Source of the DNA: a virus | Taxonomy: Duplodnaviria; Caudoviricetes | DNA: 26,454 nt | Direction: 5' to 3' (one strand) | Virus record (IMG/VR): IMGVR_UViG_3300006851_000021 | Span: 1-26,454 of that record | Part shown: in pieces, positions 1 to 9,333 of the stretch | Layout of the letters: every line of letters starts with the position of its first letter | How positions within the stretch are numbered: position 1 is the first letter of the stretch | Notes under the pieces: model-generated | What the model was told of the DNA's origin: nothing | Database searches by the model: none | Seen by the model: only the letters and a program-made list of their open reading frames with translations | Program-made: the position numbers and the translations under genes

Positions 1-1
1 C

Positions 2-265
2 TGGACTATCGCGGAGGCGAAAGAGCGCATGACGTACGAAGAGGCAGTCAGCTGGTCGAAATATTTGAAGCTGCGCGGCACCCTACACTCCGGCTTGCAG
101 CTTGAAATGAATTTTGCCAAGGCCTTGGCCTTTATGGCGTCCGCTCTGGGCGTAAAAAAGAAAGGTGGGCGTGACTTCACGCCATCCGATTTTATTTCGC
201 ATATCGAAACAGCGCCGCAAGAGCTGACGATTGAGGATGTGCTAAAAGGTTTGGGGAAACAATAG
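2..265 (+). CDS. Tail assembly chaperone, C-terminal/GT-type segment (5' partial)
   Basis: Frame is open from base 2 (WTIAEAKERMTYEEAVSW...). It lies directly before the tape measure gene, the usual position of the chaperone frameshift product. Confidence 0.7.
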   Translation, partial: WTIAEAKERMTYEEAVSWSKYLKLRGTLHSGLQLEMNFAKALAFMASALGVKKKGGRDFTPSDFISHIETAPQELTIEDVLKGLGKQ

Positions 266-266
266 C

Positions 267-2609
267 ATGGCTTCGCGCAATCTAGGATCGCTAACCATTG
301 ATCTGATGCTCAAATCCGGCGCGTTTGATCGCGGGCTAGATAAGACTGGGCGCAAGCTGGACAAGACCGAACGGGACGTCCGGCGCAAATCAAAACAGAT
401 GCAGCGCTCGATGGATCAGGCGTTCAGCAAGATCAAATTTGCGGGGGTGGCGGCGTTTGGCGCGATTAGTATTGCGGTCAGCAGGTCGGTCGCAAGCATG
501 GATCAACTTGGGGATGTATCAGCGCAGCTCGGAATCACCACAGAAGGGCTATCCGAACTGCAATATGTTGCCGAAATGTCGGGCAGCAGCGCCAACAATC
601 TATCCCAAGGATTGCAGGTGCTATCAAAGCGGCTGGGCGAGGTAGCAACCAAGGGAACAGGTGCGGCAGCAAATGCCATAGAGGCATTGGGATTGGATGC
701 AAAAGAATTGGCGCGGCTCAATCCGGAGGAGCAGTTCAAGGCGATACGCAAGGCGTTTCAAGGGCTTGAGTCACAATCTCAGAAAAACGCGGTCGCCGCG
801 CATTTATTTAGTCGCGCGAATCAGAACTTGGTCAACACTTTGGGTTTGACGGACGATCAAGTTAAAAATTTGCGGCAAGACGCCAGAGATTTAGGTATCT
901 CTATCAGCCAGAATCAGGTCGATACCGCAGGCGATGCGGTTGACGCCATGAACAAGCTTAAATTCTCCATGGAGGGGCTATCTAACACCTTAGTGTCCGA
1001 GCTTGCACCAGTATTTACTGACGCGGCTGACTCAATTTCAGATTTTGTTAAAGCCGCTTCCAAATCAGGCGTTATAGATGATTTTGCAAGCGCTGTAGGC
1101 GGGCTAGCTAATAATCTGGATATATTGGTGGGCTTTTTCGCGGGTCGTTTTATCGCAATACGGATCGGGAATTTCTTCGCCACGATCGTGATGGGTGCCA
1201 AAGACGCAACAACAGCAATAGCCGTGCTCCGGGCGATCATGGCAACGCTTGGAGGCCCGATAGGTATCGCGGCTACAGCAGTGCCCGGGCTGGCCGTTGC
1301 GGTTCACAAATTATCCGGGCGGCAATCGACGCTGGAAAAATCGACAGATAAGGTGCGCGAAGCGATAGAAAGATTGCGCACCACGCGCGGGGATGCCCAT
1401 AAAGATGCTATCCAAGCGGCCAAGGATGCACGGGATGCAGCGCAAGCTAACATTACTGAGGCTCGGTCCATCATCCAAAAATGGGAGGCCGCAAAAAAGA
1501 CCGCTAAAGCCACGTCAAACCTTGGCGCGGGCGGTGGGCGTCTAGGTGCAGTGGGTGCTCAAGGGTCGCAAGCACTGGCTGATAAGCAAATTGCCAATAA
1601 GAGCAAACAAATAGAGCTGTTGCGGGGCGATCTTAATGAGCTACAACGCGAGCTTGCTAAGCCCACGGTCCCAGCCGCGAGTCAAGTTGCGTCAAGATCG
1701 GCCATTGACATAGCTAGCGACAAGATAAAGCAGGCCAAAGAGCAGCTTAAGTCTTGGAAAGAAACCAACAAAGACGTCATTGATTCTATAATTGACGATC
1801 AGCGCGGGGCTGTCGCTGCATACGATAACGTCAAGTCGTCCATCCAGTCGGTAACGCAAGCGCTCATGACACAGGACGAGCGCGCGGTGTCTGATAATGA
1901 CGCGCGGTTGCAAGCGATTAATGACGCTGAGCAAGCCGGGGTGCAAACCAGCATTGGCTATGATCAATTGCGGGCGCGTAGTTGGGAGCAGATGACTAAA
2001 GATATGAACTCCAACACCGACCAGATGAGCGATTACGCACACCGGGCGGCAGAAAATATACAAGACTCATTTGCTAATTTTCTTTTTGATCCTTTTAAAG
2101 GCGGTGTGTCCGGGATGCTTGATAGCTTTATCACCATGCTGCGCAAGATGGCGGCTGAAATGTTGGCGTCTAAGGCGATGGACTGGATCAAGACAGCCTT
2201 TCAAGGCATGGGCGGCTGGGCTGGTGTCGGGTCCGCGATTGCCAGTATCTTTCACACCGGCGGGATTGTCGGCAGTGGCGAAGGTGGCGGGCGTGTTATC
2301 AGCGGAGCGACATTCTCGGGTGCCAAACGGTTTCATAGCGGGGGCATGATCGGCCCCGGCGAGGTGCCTGCTATCCTCAAAAAGGGCGAGGGGGTCTTTA
2401 CCAAAGAGCAGATGTCGCAATTGTCGCCAGCCAAGGGCGGCAATCAAACGATAGTCAATGTTAACAACGCGCCCGAAGGCACGACCGTACGGCGGCGCAA
2501 GGAAGGTCAGCAGGAAATCATCGACGTGATGATTGATGACGTATCGAATGGTGGACGCTTTTACAAGGCGTTGTCCGGTATGACCAACGTGGGAAGGGCT
2601 GGCCGATGA
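267..2609 (+). CDS. Tail tape measure protein
   Basis: 780 aa, Ala-rich and helical; N-terminal MASRNLGSLTIDL; C-terminal FHTGG/FHSGG...EVPAILKKGEGV motif typical of TMPs. Confidence 0.93.
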   Translation: MASRNLGSLTIDLMLKSGAFDRGLDKTGRKLDKTERDVRRKSKQMQRSMDQAFSKIKFAGVAAFGAISIAVSRSVASMDQLGDVSAQLGITTEGLSELQYVAEMSGSSANNLSQGLQVLSKRLGEVATKGTGAAANAIEALGLDAKELARLNPEEQFKAIRKAFQGLESQSQKNAVAAHLFSRANQNLVNTLGLTDDQVKNLRQDARDLGISISQNQVDTAGDAVDAMNKLKFSMEGLSNTLVSELAPVFTDAADSISDFVKAASKSGVIDDFASAVGGLANNLDILVGFFAGRFIAIRIGNFFATIVMGAKDATTAIAVLRAIMATLGGPIGIAATAVPGLAVAVHKLSGRQSTLEKSTDKVREAIERLRTTRGDAHKDAIQAAKDARDAAQANITEARSIIQKWEAAKKTAKATSNLGAGGGRLGAVGAQGSQALADKQIANKSKQIELLRGDLNELQRELAKPTVPAASQVASRSAIDIASDKIKQAKEQLKSWKETNKDVIDSIIDDQRGAVAAYDNVKSSIQSVTQALMTQDERAVSDNDARLQAINDAEQAGVQTSIGYDQLRARSWEQMTKDMNSNTDQMSDYAHRAAENIQDSFANFLFDPFKGGVSGMLDSFITMLRKMAAEMLASKAMDWIKTAFQGMGGWAGVGSAIASIFHTGGIVGSGEGGGRVISGATFSGAKRFHSGGMIGPGEVPAILKKGEGVFTKEQMSQLSPAKGGNQTIVNVNNAPEGTTVRRRKEGQQEIIDVMIDDVSNGGRFYKALSGMTNVGRAGR

Positions 2610-3073
2610 GCATACCCGAATGGCCGAAACAACTGCCTTGCGCGTTACAGCAGGACTACAAGCTAAAAAAGATATCCGGCGTCAAGCGGACGAAGATGGA
2701 GTCCGGGCGCTCACGGGTGCGTCGGCAGTTTGTGTCCACGCCGTCCATTGCCAGCGTGACCTGGTATATGAATTCGTTTCAAGCGGAGATATTTGAGGGA
2801 TGGGTTAACGACACAGCGGAAGGCGGCGCGGCATGGGTGAAAATCCCTATCCGTACCCCGATGGATGGCCGTGCCACCAGTTTGTATACCTGTCGGTTCA
2901 CGGACATTTACGACGGCCCGAAGTTGGTCGGCCCGGATACGTGGGAATTTACCGCAGAACTTGAGCTGAAACGCGAAGCAACACTGCAAGGCGACTGGTC
3001 AATTCTGCCGGGCTTCCTGACCGGCAAGGATATTTTCGACATCGCCATGAATGACCGGTGGCCCGCATCATGA
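2606..3073 (+). CDS. Minor tail protein (distal tail/Dit-like)
   Basis: ATGA overlap with TMP; WPKQLP...RTKMESGRSRVRRQF motif typical of this slot in siphoviruses. Confidence 0.8.
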   Translation: MSIPEWPKQLPCALQQDYKLKKISGVKRTKMESGRSRVRRQFVSTPSIASVTWYMNSFQAEIFEGWVNDTAEGGAAWVKIPIRTPMDGRATSLYTCRFTDIYDGPKLVGPDTWEFTAELELKREATLQGDWSILPGFLTGKDIFDIAMNDRWPAS

Positions 3074-3561
3074 CATCTCCCACACTTGATGAAATCTACG
3101 CCAGCGCGCCGCCAGATGTGGTGCTACTAAAGACGCTTGAAATCGACGTGCCGGGTATCGACAACATATATCTGTGCGAGGGGTTTGAAGACGTGTCCGC
3201 GCATCTAGAAAATGGGTCTGTGGTGACATTTCGTTGCGGTAGTCTTGCGATTGGACGTCCTGAGCGCAGCGACAGCACCAAGCAGAATTTAAAATTTGGC
3301 GTCTGGAACGCTAACGGTGAAGTTAACAAGGCGTCAAAAGCAATGGAGGCCGCTGACGAAGAATCAATGGTTTATTTTAGAGAGTATGTGGTGGGTGAAT
3401 ATGGTGGACCGAAATACGGACCGCTGCCCGCCACGATTGAAAAAATCATGATCCAGGGTATCAACGCGACGATATCAGCCAGCTACCGAGACATATTGAA
3501 CACGGCCTATCCGCGCCAGCGCTACACCAATCTCAACGCGCCGGGGATCAGATACCTATGA
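3070..3561 (+). CDS. Minor tail protein, DUF1833-like
   Basis: Start moved to the ATGA overlap at 3070; IYASAP...TLEI start and DILNTAYPRQRYT...APGIRYL end. Confidence 0.8.
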   Translation: MTSPTLDEIYASAPPDVVLLKTLEIDVPGIDNIYLCEGFEDVSAHLENGSVVTFRCGSLAIGRPERSDSTKQNLKFGVWNANGEVNKASKAMEAADEESMVYFREYVVGEYGGPKYGPLPATIEKIMIQGINATISASYRDILNTAYPRQRYTNLNAPGIRYL

Positions 3562-3935
3562 TCCAGAAGTATTTGCAAGCGACGTATCAAGACAATGGGC
3601 GCGGCCCGGACGTGTACGACTGCTATGGCATTGTCCGTACGGTTCGCCACGAAGTGTTTGGCAGGCCGCTCATGCCGATCATGCTCGGTATCAACGGGCG
3701 CAATGCTCGCGAAATGACAGCGGCGGTGAACGATTGCAAAACCAATCTGCAACCGTCGACGCTGAAACCCGGTGTCATCGCCTGCGGCTGGACTGGCCCG
3801 GTGTGTCTGCATATCGCGGTTGTGGTCAACGTGGACAACATGCTATGGATGCTGGAGGCTGCCGAGCCGGGTATCATCATCACCAAGCCGAGAGACTTTG
3901 CTATGCGGTACACGGCGGTGTCGTACCATGATTAA
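3558..3935 (+). CDS. NlpC/P60-like tail tip protein
   Basis: GRGPDVYDCYGIVR (Cys motif) and LHIAVVV (His motif); sits between the DUF1833-like and J-like genes. Confidence 0.82.
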   Translation: MIQKYLQATYQDNGRGPDVYDCYGIVRTVRHEVFGRPLMPIMLGINGRNAREMTAAVNDCKTNLQPSTLKPGVIACGWTGPVCLHIAVVVNVDNMLWMLEAAEPGIIITKPRDFAMRYTAVSYHD

Positions 3936-6882
3936 CATCTATGCCAGCTTTGCCAGTGACGAACCGTGCGAGGTGCATGATCGCGGCCATGCCGTAACCG
4001 TGCTGGACTGGCTCAACGAAAATGTGGAGGGCTTTGTCGATGATGGCCGGGTGGCGGTCATGCTAAATGACAATCCGCTATGTCATTTAGAGACATCAAT
4101 TGATGACAGTGATACGGTCGACATCTACCCGATACCGAAATACACCGTAGGCGCTGCAATCGGCTCGTGGCTGGCGTCAATCAGCTACAGTACGTGGGCG
4201 GCCATTGCACTGACAGCAATATCCGCCGCCTACTCACTTCTGACGCAGCCAAGCGCCCCGAGCGCTCCGGGAGCAACCGCATCTGGCTCAGACCTGAACA
4301 ATCCCAATGCTCAAGCCAACACGGCCAAAATGGGCGGCATTGTTCGCGAGGCATTTGGCAAGACCAAGATTTACCCGGATTACCTGGTGCCGCCACACCG
4401 TTATTTTAGGAGCAAGCGCGACCTAGAGCTTGATGTTCTGTGTGCTATCGGGAATGGCGATTATGCCGTGGAAGATGTCAAAATCGGTAAAACCGAACTT
4501 TCTTCACTTGGTGGCGACGCAGAAGTAGAGATATATGACGCGAATGATGATTTGTCTGCCGATAAATCGCATCAGTGGTGGCAGCCCTGTAATGAGGTCG
4601 GCGTTAGCAGCAACGGGCAGCAAGGCTTGCCGCTCAATCCGCCGCATATCTATGACAACATCGACTTCGACGAGTTTGCATGGTCAGGCAAAACAATTAC
4701 AACGACCGGGAGTGATCAGTGGCCTGCGAATTGGGACGCAAGCACAAGGCTTCGCATTAAGAGGCGTCGCCTATACAGAATATCCAACAGCGGCGGGAAA
4801 GCCACCCTGAAGGGCAATTTCACGGATGTGGTGCCGCTTTCGAGCGGGGATACTATCACAATTGACGGACATCAATATACAGTCGACAGCTATAGTGGCA
4901 GCGGCAACGGTACGGCTTCAATTATAACCGGCGGCAAGTCACCGGATACCGACTTTAGCAGCAATAGTCAAACGTTGAGTCTACATATCAACGGTCAAAC
5001 GGACGACATCGTTTTCGATAGCGACTACACGAATGCGTCCGGAGTGGCAGCGCATATCAACTCGAATCTTAATAACATAGATGCCATAGCATCTGTCGTT
5101 AGCGGGAAAATACAAATTAAAGAAAACACGCCTTACAGCGGCGATACGTTTAGGTATGTCGGCGGTCAAGATGTGATTGGCAAATTCCCGTCTATTCAGG
5201 CAGGCGAAAGCGCAGCCAGCGGCGGCGAATTGACGATAGATGACACAATTTACGACAGGGGCAGTCAGTCAAGATTTTGGGTATCAAAATATGACGGCTA
5301 CTACGTAGTTCAATCAGTTACATCTACAGCATTAACTGTTGATCGACTCAAAGAAGACGAATCCGTTGATTCAGCATGGACTGGCTTCAGCAGTACCGGA
5401 CCGACTAAAGCCAATATCTATCCAGAGGGCACCACAGAAGAGGCCACATGGATTGGGCCGTTTCAGGTGTTGCCAGAAGGCGAAAAAACGGACCGGATTG
5501 AAACAGATTTTTTCTTCCCCGGCGGTCTTGTCGAATTTGGTGGTGATGGCGATCTGTACAAAGCCAAGCAAGTGATTGAAATAGAATGGCGTGAACTGGG
5601 TGGCAGTACATGGCACCGATCGACTTTTACATATAGCGAATCGACACCAGACCAGATTGGGTTTAGCGAACACATTGATCTAGGCGGGAAGAAGGCTATA
5701 GAGGCCCGGGCTCGTGCCACGAAGCCTAGGTCTAATTCTCAGAAGCGTAGAGATGTAGTCTGGTATGGCCTAAAAGGTCAGATGGGGGCGCCTAAGGATT
5801 ACCCTTGGAAAACTATCACGATCAAACTAAAAACCGCTCACAACATTGCACGTCAAAGTGAGAATAAGATAAATCTGATTGCCACGCGCAAATTGCCACT
5901 TGTAACCAGCTCGGGATATGGCTCAGTACAACCGACACGATCCATCGCCGCTTGTGTGGGCGAGATTTGCAAACAGATCGGTTACAGGGAAAGTGACATC
6001 GATTTCCCCTCGCTGGCCTCGCTGGATGACTTTTGGCAGCCGCGCGATGACTACTTTGATTATGCCATCCCACAAACCACGGTAGCGGATGCGATCAACA
6101 CCGCACTGCGTGCTGGCATGGCCCGGCTGGTGATGGATCACGGGAAGCTGACTGCTGTGCGCGATGGGCCGCGCACGGTGTTTGAGCAAGGATTCTCGGC
6201 GCAGAACATGACGGATGAACTGCAACGAGCGTACACGTCGCGCACCGCGAGCGATCCAGACGGCGTAGACGTCAAATTCGTCAATCAAGACAACGACTAC
6301 ACTGACGAGACAATAAAAATCCGTCTGCCGGGTGATCAGGGCATCAAGGCCGAAACCGTCACGCTACACGGTGTGCTGGACTATACCCACGCGTGGCGTA
6401 TCGGCATGCGCCGACGAATGGAGCAAAAGTATCGCCGATGGGTGTATAAGTGGTCGACCGAGATGGAGGGGCTTAATCTGCATTACCTGAGCTATATCCC
6501 GTTGGTAATTGATGAACCGGAGTATGGCCAGTCGGCCATTGTCGAGCAGGTCACCAAAGAGGGCAGCGATTGGGTAGTCCGATCCAGCGAGCCATTAGAT
6601 TGGGACGGTAGCAACCACGTGGTGGCGTTTCGCAAGCGCGACGGCACCCTAGCCGGGCCATATGCGGCGACAGCGCGGGGGGTGTATAATGTAGTAATAA
6701 GCACTGAGCCGCCAGAGTTACATGACCAAGGGGAGCCAATCCATCTTTATTTTGGGCAACAAGATACTTGGCAACAGCCGTGTCTGGTGCAATCCATGAC
6801 CCCAAGCGGTGACGATTTTGATGTGGAAGCAGTCAACTATGACGAGCGTATTTATCAATATGATGATCAGGTGCCAGCATGA
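3928..6882 (+). CDS. Central tail tip / host-specificity protein (J-like)
   Basis: Likely start MINIYAS at 3928, overlapping the previous gene. Contains ANTAKMGGIVREAFG...YPDY, NKINLIATRKLP, DGVDVKF and AVNYDERIYQYDD. Confidence 0.88.
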   Translation: MINIYASFASDEPCEVHDRGHAVTVLDWLNENVEGFVDDGRVAVMLNDNPLCHLETSIDDSDTVDIYPIPKYTVGAAIGSWLASISYSTWAAIALTAISAAYSLLTQPSAPSAPGATASGSDLNNPNAQANTAKMGGIVREAFGKTKIYPDYLVPPHRYFRSKRDLELDVLCAIGNGDYAVEDVKIGKTELSSLGGDAEVEIYDANDDLSADKSHQWWQPCNEVGVSSNGQQGLPLNPPHIYDNIDFDEFAWSGKTITTTGSDQWPANWDASTRLRIKRRRLYRISNSGGKATLKGNFTDVVPLSSGDTITIDGHQYTVDSYSGSGNGTASIITGGKSPDTDFSSNSQTLSLHINGQTDDIVFDSDYTNASGVAAHINSNLNNIDAIASVVSGKIQIKENTPYSGDTFRYVGGQDVIGKFPSIQAGESAASGGELTIDDTIYDRGSQSRFWVSKYDGYYVVQSVTSTALTVDRLKEDESVDSAWTGFSSTGPTKANIYPEGTTEEATWIGPFQVLPEGEKTDRIETDFFFPGGLVEFGGDGDLYKAKQVIEIEWRELGGSTWHRSTFTYSESTPDQIGFSEHIDLGGKKAIEARARATKPRSNSQKRRDVVWYGLKGQMGAPKDYPWKTITIKLKTAHNIARQSENKINLIATRKLPLVTSSGYGSVQPTRSIAACVGEICKQIGYRESDIDFPSLASLDDFWQPRDDYFDYAIPQTTVADAINTALRAGMARLVMDHGKLTAVRDGPRTVFEQGFSAQNMTDELQRAYTSRTASDPDGVDVKFVNQDNDYTDETIKIRLPGDQGIKAETVTLHGVLDYTHAWRIGMRRRMEQKYRRWVYKWSTEMEGLNLHYLSYIPLVIDEPEYGQSAIVEQVTKEGSDWVVRSSEPLDWDGSNHVVAFRKRDGTLAGPYAATARGVYNVVISTEPPELHDQGEPIHLYFGQQDTWQQPCLVQSMTPSGDDFDVEAVNYDERIYQYDDQVPA

Positions 6883-7349
6883 CGACATATAACACGGGTA
6901 ACCCGATTGGGAGCACCGATCCCAAAGACCTGTACGACAACGCCGAGAATTTCGATCAAGCCACAAATGGCAGCGGTCACTGGAAAGATCGGCTGGGCGT
7001 CACCCGTCCCACGCTGGCATATCTCGAAAACGAATACCCTAATGCTCATGATGATGCGGCGGCAGCCGAAGATGCACGCGATCGAGCTGAGGATTATCGA
7101 GACGATGCCAAAATATATCGCGACGAGATTATCAATTCGTCGGCATGGTCAAATGCTGATATTTACGAGACAAAGGCGGACGGCATATCTGGCACATCAA
7201 ATAAAGATGTTTTTTGGGTTATTCCCAACGCAACAGATGATTTGGATAATCTTACACTGTTCAAAAACAACAGCGGCACGGCTGACAAAATTTACACACT
7301 TTACAATCTAAACGCCTTCATGATCGAAGAAGGCACAACTTGGAGCTAA
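6879..7349 (+). CDS. Short tail fibre/tailspike attachment (adaptor) protein
   Basis: MTTYNTGNPIGSTDPKDLYDNAENFD...WKDRLG is a familiar tailspike N-terminal anchor, followed by a short coiled coil; only 156 aa. Confidence 0.75.
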   Translation: MTTYNTGNPIGSTDPKDLYDNAENFDQATNGSGHWKDRLGVTRPTLAYLENEYPNAHDDAAAAEDARDRAEDYRDDAKIYRDEIINSSAWSNADIYETKADGISGTSNKDVFWVIPNATDDLDNLTLFKNNSGTADKIYTLYNLNAFMIEEGTTWS

Positions 7350-7352
7350 GAC

Positions 7353-8549
7353 ATGGCTGAAAAACTTTTGAAAGTAGGAACTAAAACTGACTGGGGGATA
7401 GCTGCACCTTTCCCCAGCACCAAGGATGGACAAATACCTGTTACCCATAGAGATAAGTCTTATGTGCTCGGGCAGATATTTCAACCGGTACCCGTAGGTC
7501 ATGTGGGAATACAGGCCGTGCTTGGATTGCAGATGCATTATAAACAGTTTGTTACAGACAATCCACCTAAATATGGCAACGTTGTATATCATGATGGTTG
7601 TGTGTATGCGTGTAGTCAACACAGAGTTATGAAATTTACTCATGACATGAACCCTATTTGGACATATTCAGGCTTATCACACGTAGCGTATACTGTATCT
7701 CCCGTCGGGGATGGCAGAGTATGGATTCTCCAGTCAGATGCTGCCAAACTTTTCAACGGTACTGGCGATGTCGATGTAGACCTAGACTTTACACCAGAGA
7801 TTGGTTCTACCAATCCCGATAATATGCCGTATGACGCCCGCGGAATCGAATCTAACGGGACTGGGGTATGTATCGTAGGAGCCAACGGCATAGCTTATTA
7901 TGATAATACTGGTGCCAACCAGTGGGCTATTGATTACTCAAACAAAACTGGTATTACATTTAATCGCGCTGGGGATTCTGATAAATTCAGTCAGACGACA
8001 TCAGATGTTCCGACTGGTGACATCTCGTACCGGCCCTATAATGACGAATTTATGGTTGTGACTGACGTAGGGATATGGTTCGTAGATGCATCCGACGGTA
8101 GCGTAAATGCCCTTATAGTCTTGGCAGACGGGGATAACGTCAGAATTTACGATCAACTACAGAAAAAAAATGACAAAGAGACGTACGCGGTAAAATTTAA
8201 CGCGGGAATCTTTACTATAGATGACAGCTATACAATCACCGAAACCCCTGCATTCCCGGCGGAAGTGTATGGCATCAGGTCATTTTATGTGTGTCCCAAT
8301 GGCGATTTTATAGTAACAAAGGAGAGTAAGTACCATGGTGATATCATGTGCTGTTCCTCTGATGGTGAGGTGCTGTGGTCTTTAGATGGAAGTCTGTTTG
8401 AAACGGGATTAAACACATCCACCAACGCAGAACACTATGCCTGTCCTGTATCTGGAGATGGTCTAGGTCATTTTTATATCCTAGATCAAAAATATATTTA
8501 TGATATAAGCAAAGAACTCGTACTCAAAGGATATCGGGTGAATCAATAA
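7353..8549 (+). CDS. Putative beta-propeller protein
   Basis: 398 aa, beta-rich, with recurring blade-like W motifs (NPIWTY, ANQWAI, EVLWSL); starts 3 nt after the adaptor stop. Confidence 0.55.
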   Translation: MAEKLLKVGTKTDWGIAAPFPSTKDGQIPVTHRDKSYVLGQIFQPVPVGHVGIQAVLGLQMHYKQFVTDNPPKYGNVVYHDGCVYACSQHRVMKFTHDMNPIWTYSGLSHVAYTVSPVGDGRVWILQSDAAKLFNGTGDVDVDLDFTPEIGSTNPDNMPYDARGIESNGTGVCIVGANGIAYYDNTGANQWAIDYSNKTGITFNRAGDSDKFSQTTSDVPTGDISYRPYNDEFMVVTDVGIWFVDASDGSVNALIVLADGDNVRIYDQLQKKNDKETYAVKFNAGIFTIDDSYTITETPAFPAEVYGIRSFYVCPNGDFIVTKESKYHGDIMCCSSDGEVLWSLDGSLFETGLNTSTNAEHYACPVSGDGLGHFYILDQKYIYDISKELVLKGYRVNQ

Positions 8550-9331
8550 TGGCAGTAGAAGCAATCTTTTTTGGCGATGTGTGTCAAGGCGGGGATACTG
8601 GCACATCATTGTATATAGACGATCTTCTTAAAACCGTCTCTATCCCCCAAAGACTGTATTGCGCCAGCTATATCAAGGACGCGTTTGTCTATAAAAATCT
8701 GCTGACTCATTGGAATGATCTGTCGGGAAATCGGGCAACCATGGGGGTGTCAGTCCACTCGACTCCTGAAGTGGGGATGGGATTCGGCAAGCCTACGGTG
8801 GTTTTTAAAGACGATCGCAGCATGGAGACTTCTAACGTTTCCGCCCCAATCGAGCCGCCATATACTATAGTATCTATTTGTCAGTTATCTTCCAAAGTTC
8901 AGACGCAACCAAACCCCGAAAAGGGAAATGTTCTAGTATCATTTCCTCGCGGAAGAACTGAGGATGTTCTGACTAAAGGGCCCACTATTCTTGCAAATGA
9001 TGGAAACGGCCACATAGGTTATACAATATACGACGGGTCTGTTTCAAAGACTGTATCCGCATCCACGTTAGTTGATTACAATCCTCATGTATACATTAAC
9101 TATTTTGCGGGCAACGGTGGGAGCTATATGATGCAAGACGGCAATGTTGTTGCCAGTGGCGGATCTGGTGACCCGGGGAGCATTCATAAAATTGCGCTGT
9201 CCTCTGTTATTGACCGCCCCTTTCTTGGCAATTATTCCCTACTGGCCATTTACAAGGGCGAGCTTTCCAAGGGGGACGCGGGAGAAATTGCGCGATTTGC
9301 AGAAAGCTACTATGGAATCTCTGGGGTCTAA
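8549..9331 (+). CDS. Putative LamG/ConA-like lectin-fold protein
   Basis: WNDLSGNRAT...PTVVF...FLGNYSLLAIYKGELS..IARFAESYYGI resembles LamG-like phage domains; TAATG overlap. Confidence 0.55.
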   Translation: MAVEAIFFGDVCQGGDTGTSLYIDDLLKTVSIPQRLYCASYIKDAFVYKNLLTHWNDLSGNRATMGVSVHSTPEVGMGFGKPTVVFKDDRSMETSNVSAPIEPPYTIVSICQLSSKVQTQPNPEKGNVLVSFPRGRTEDVLTKGPTILANDGNGHIGYTIYDGSVSKTVSASTLVDYNPHVYINYFAGNGGSYMMQDGNVVASGGSGDPGSIHKIALSSVIDRPFLGNYSLLAIYKGELSKGDAGEIARFAESYYGISGV

Positions 9332-9333
9332 CT

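Noticed and set aside
2-265. Programmed frameshift site of the tail chaperone
   Set aside because: Any slippery site would lie upstream of the window and cannot be assessed.
3772-3927. Longer start of the J-like ORF given in the track
   Set aside because: It overlaps the NlpC/P60 gene by more than 150 nt and is not protein-like; the ATG at 3928 fits better.
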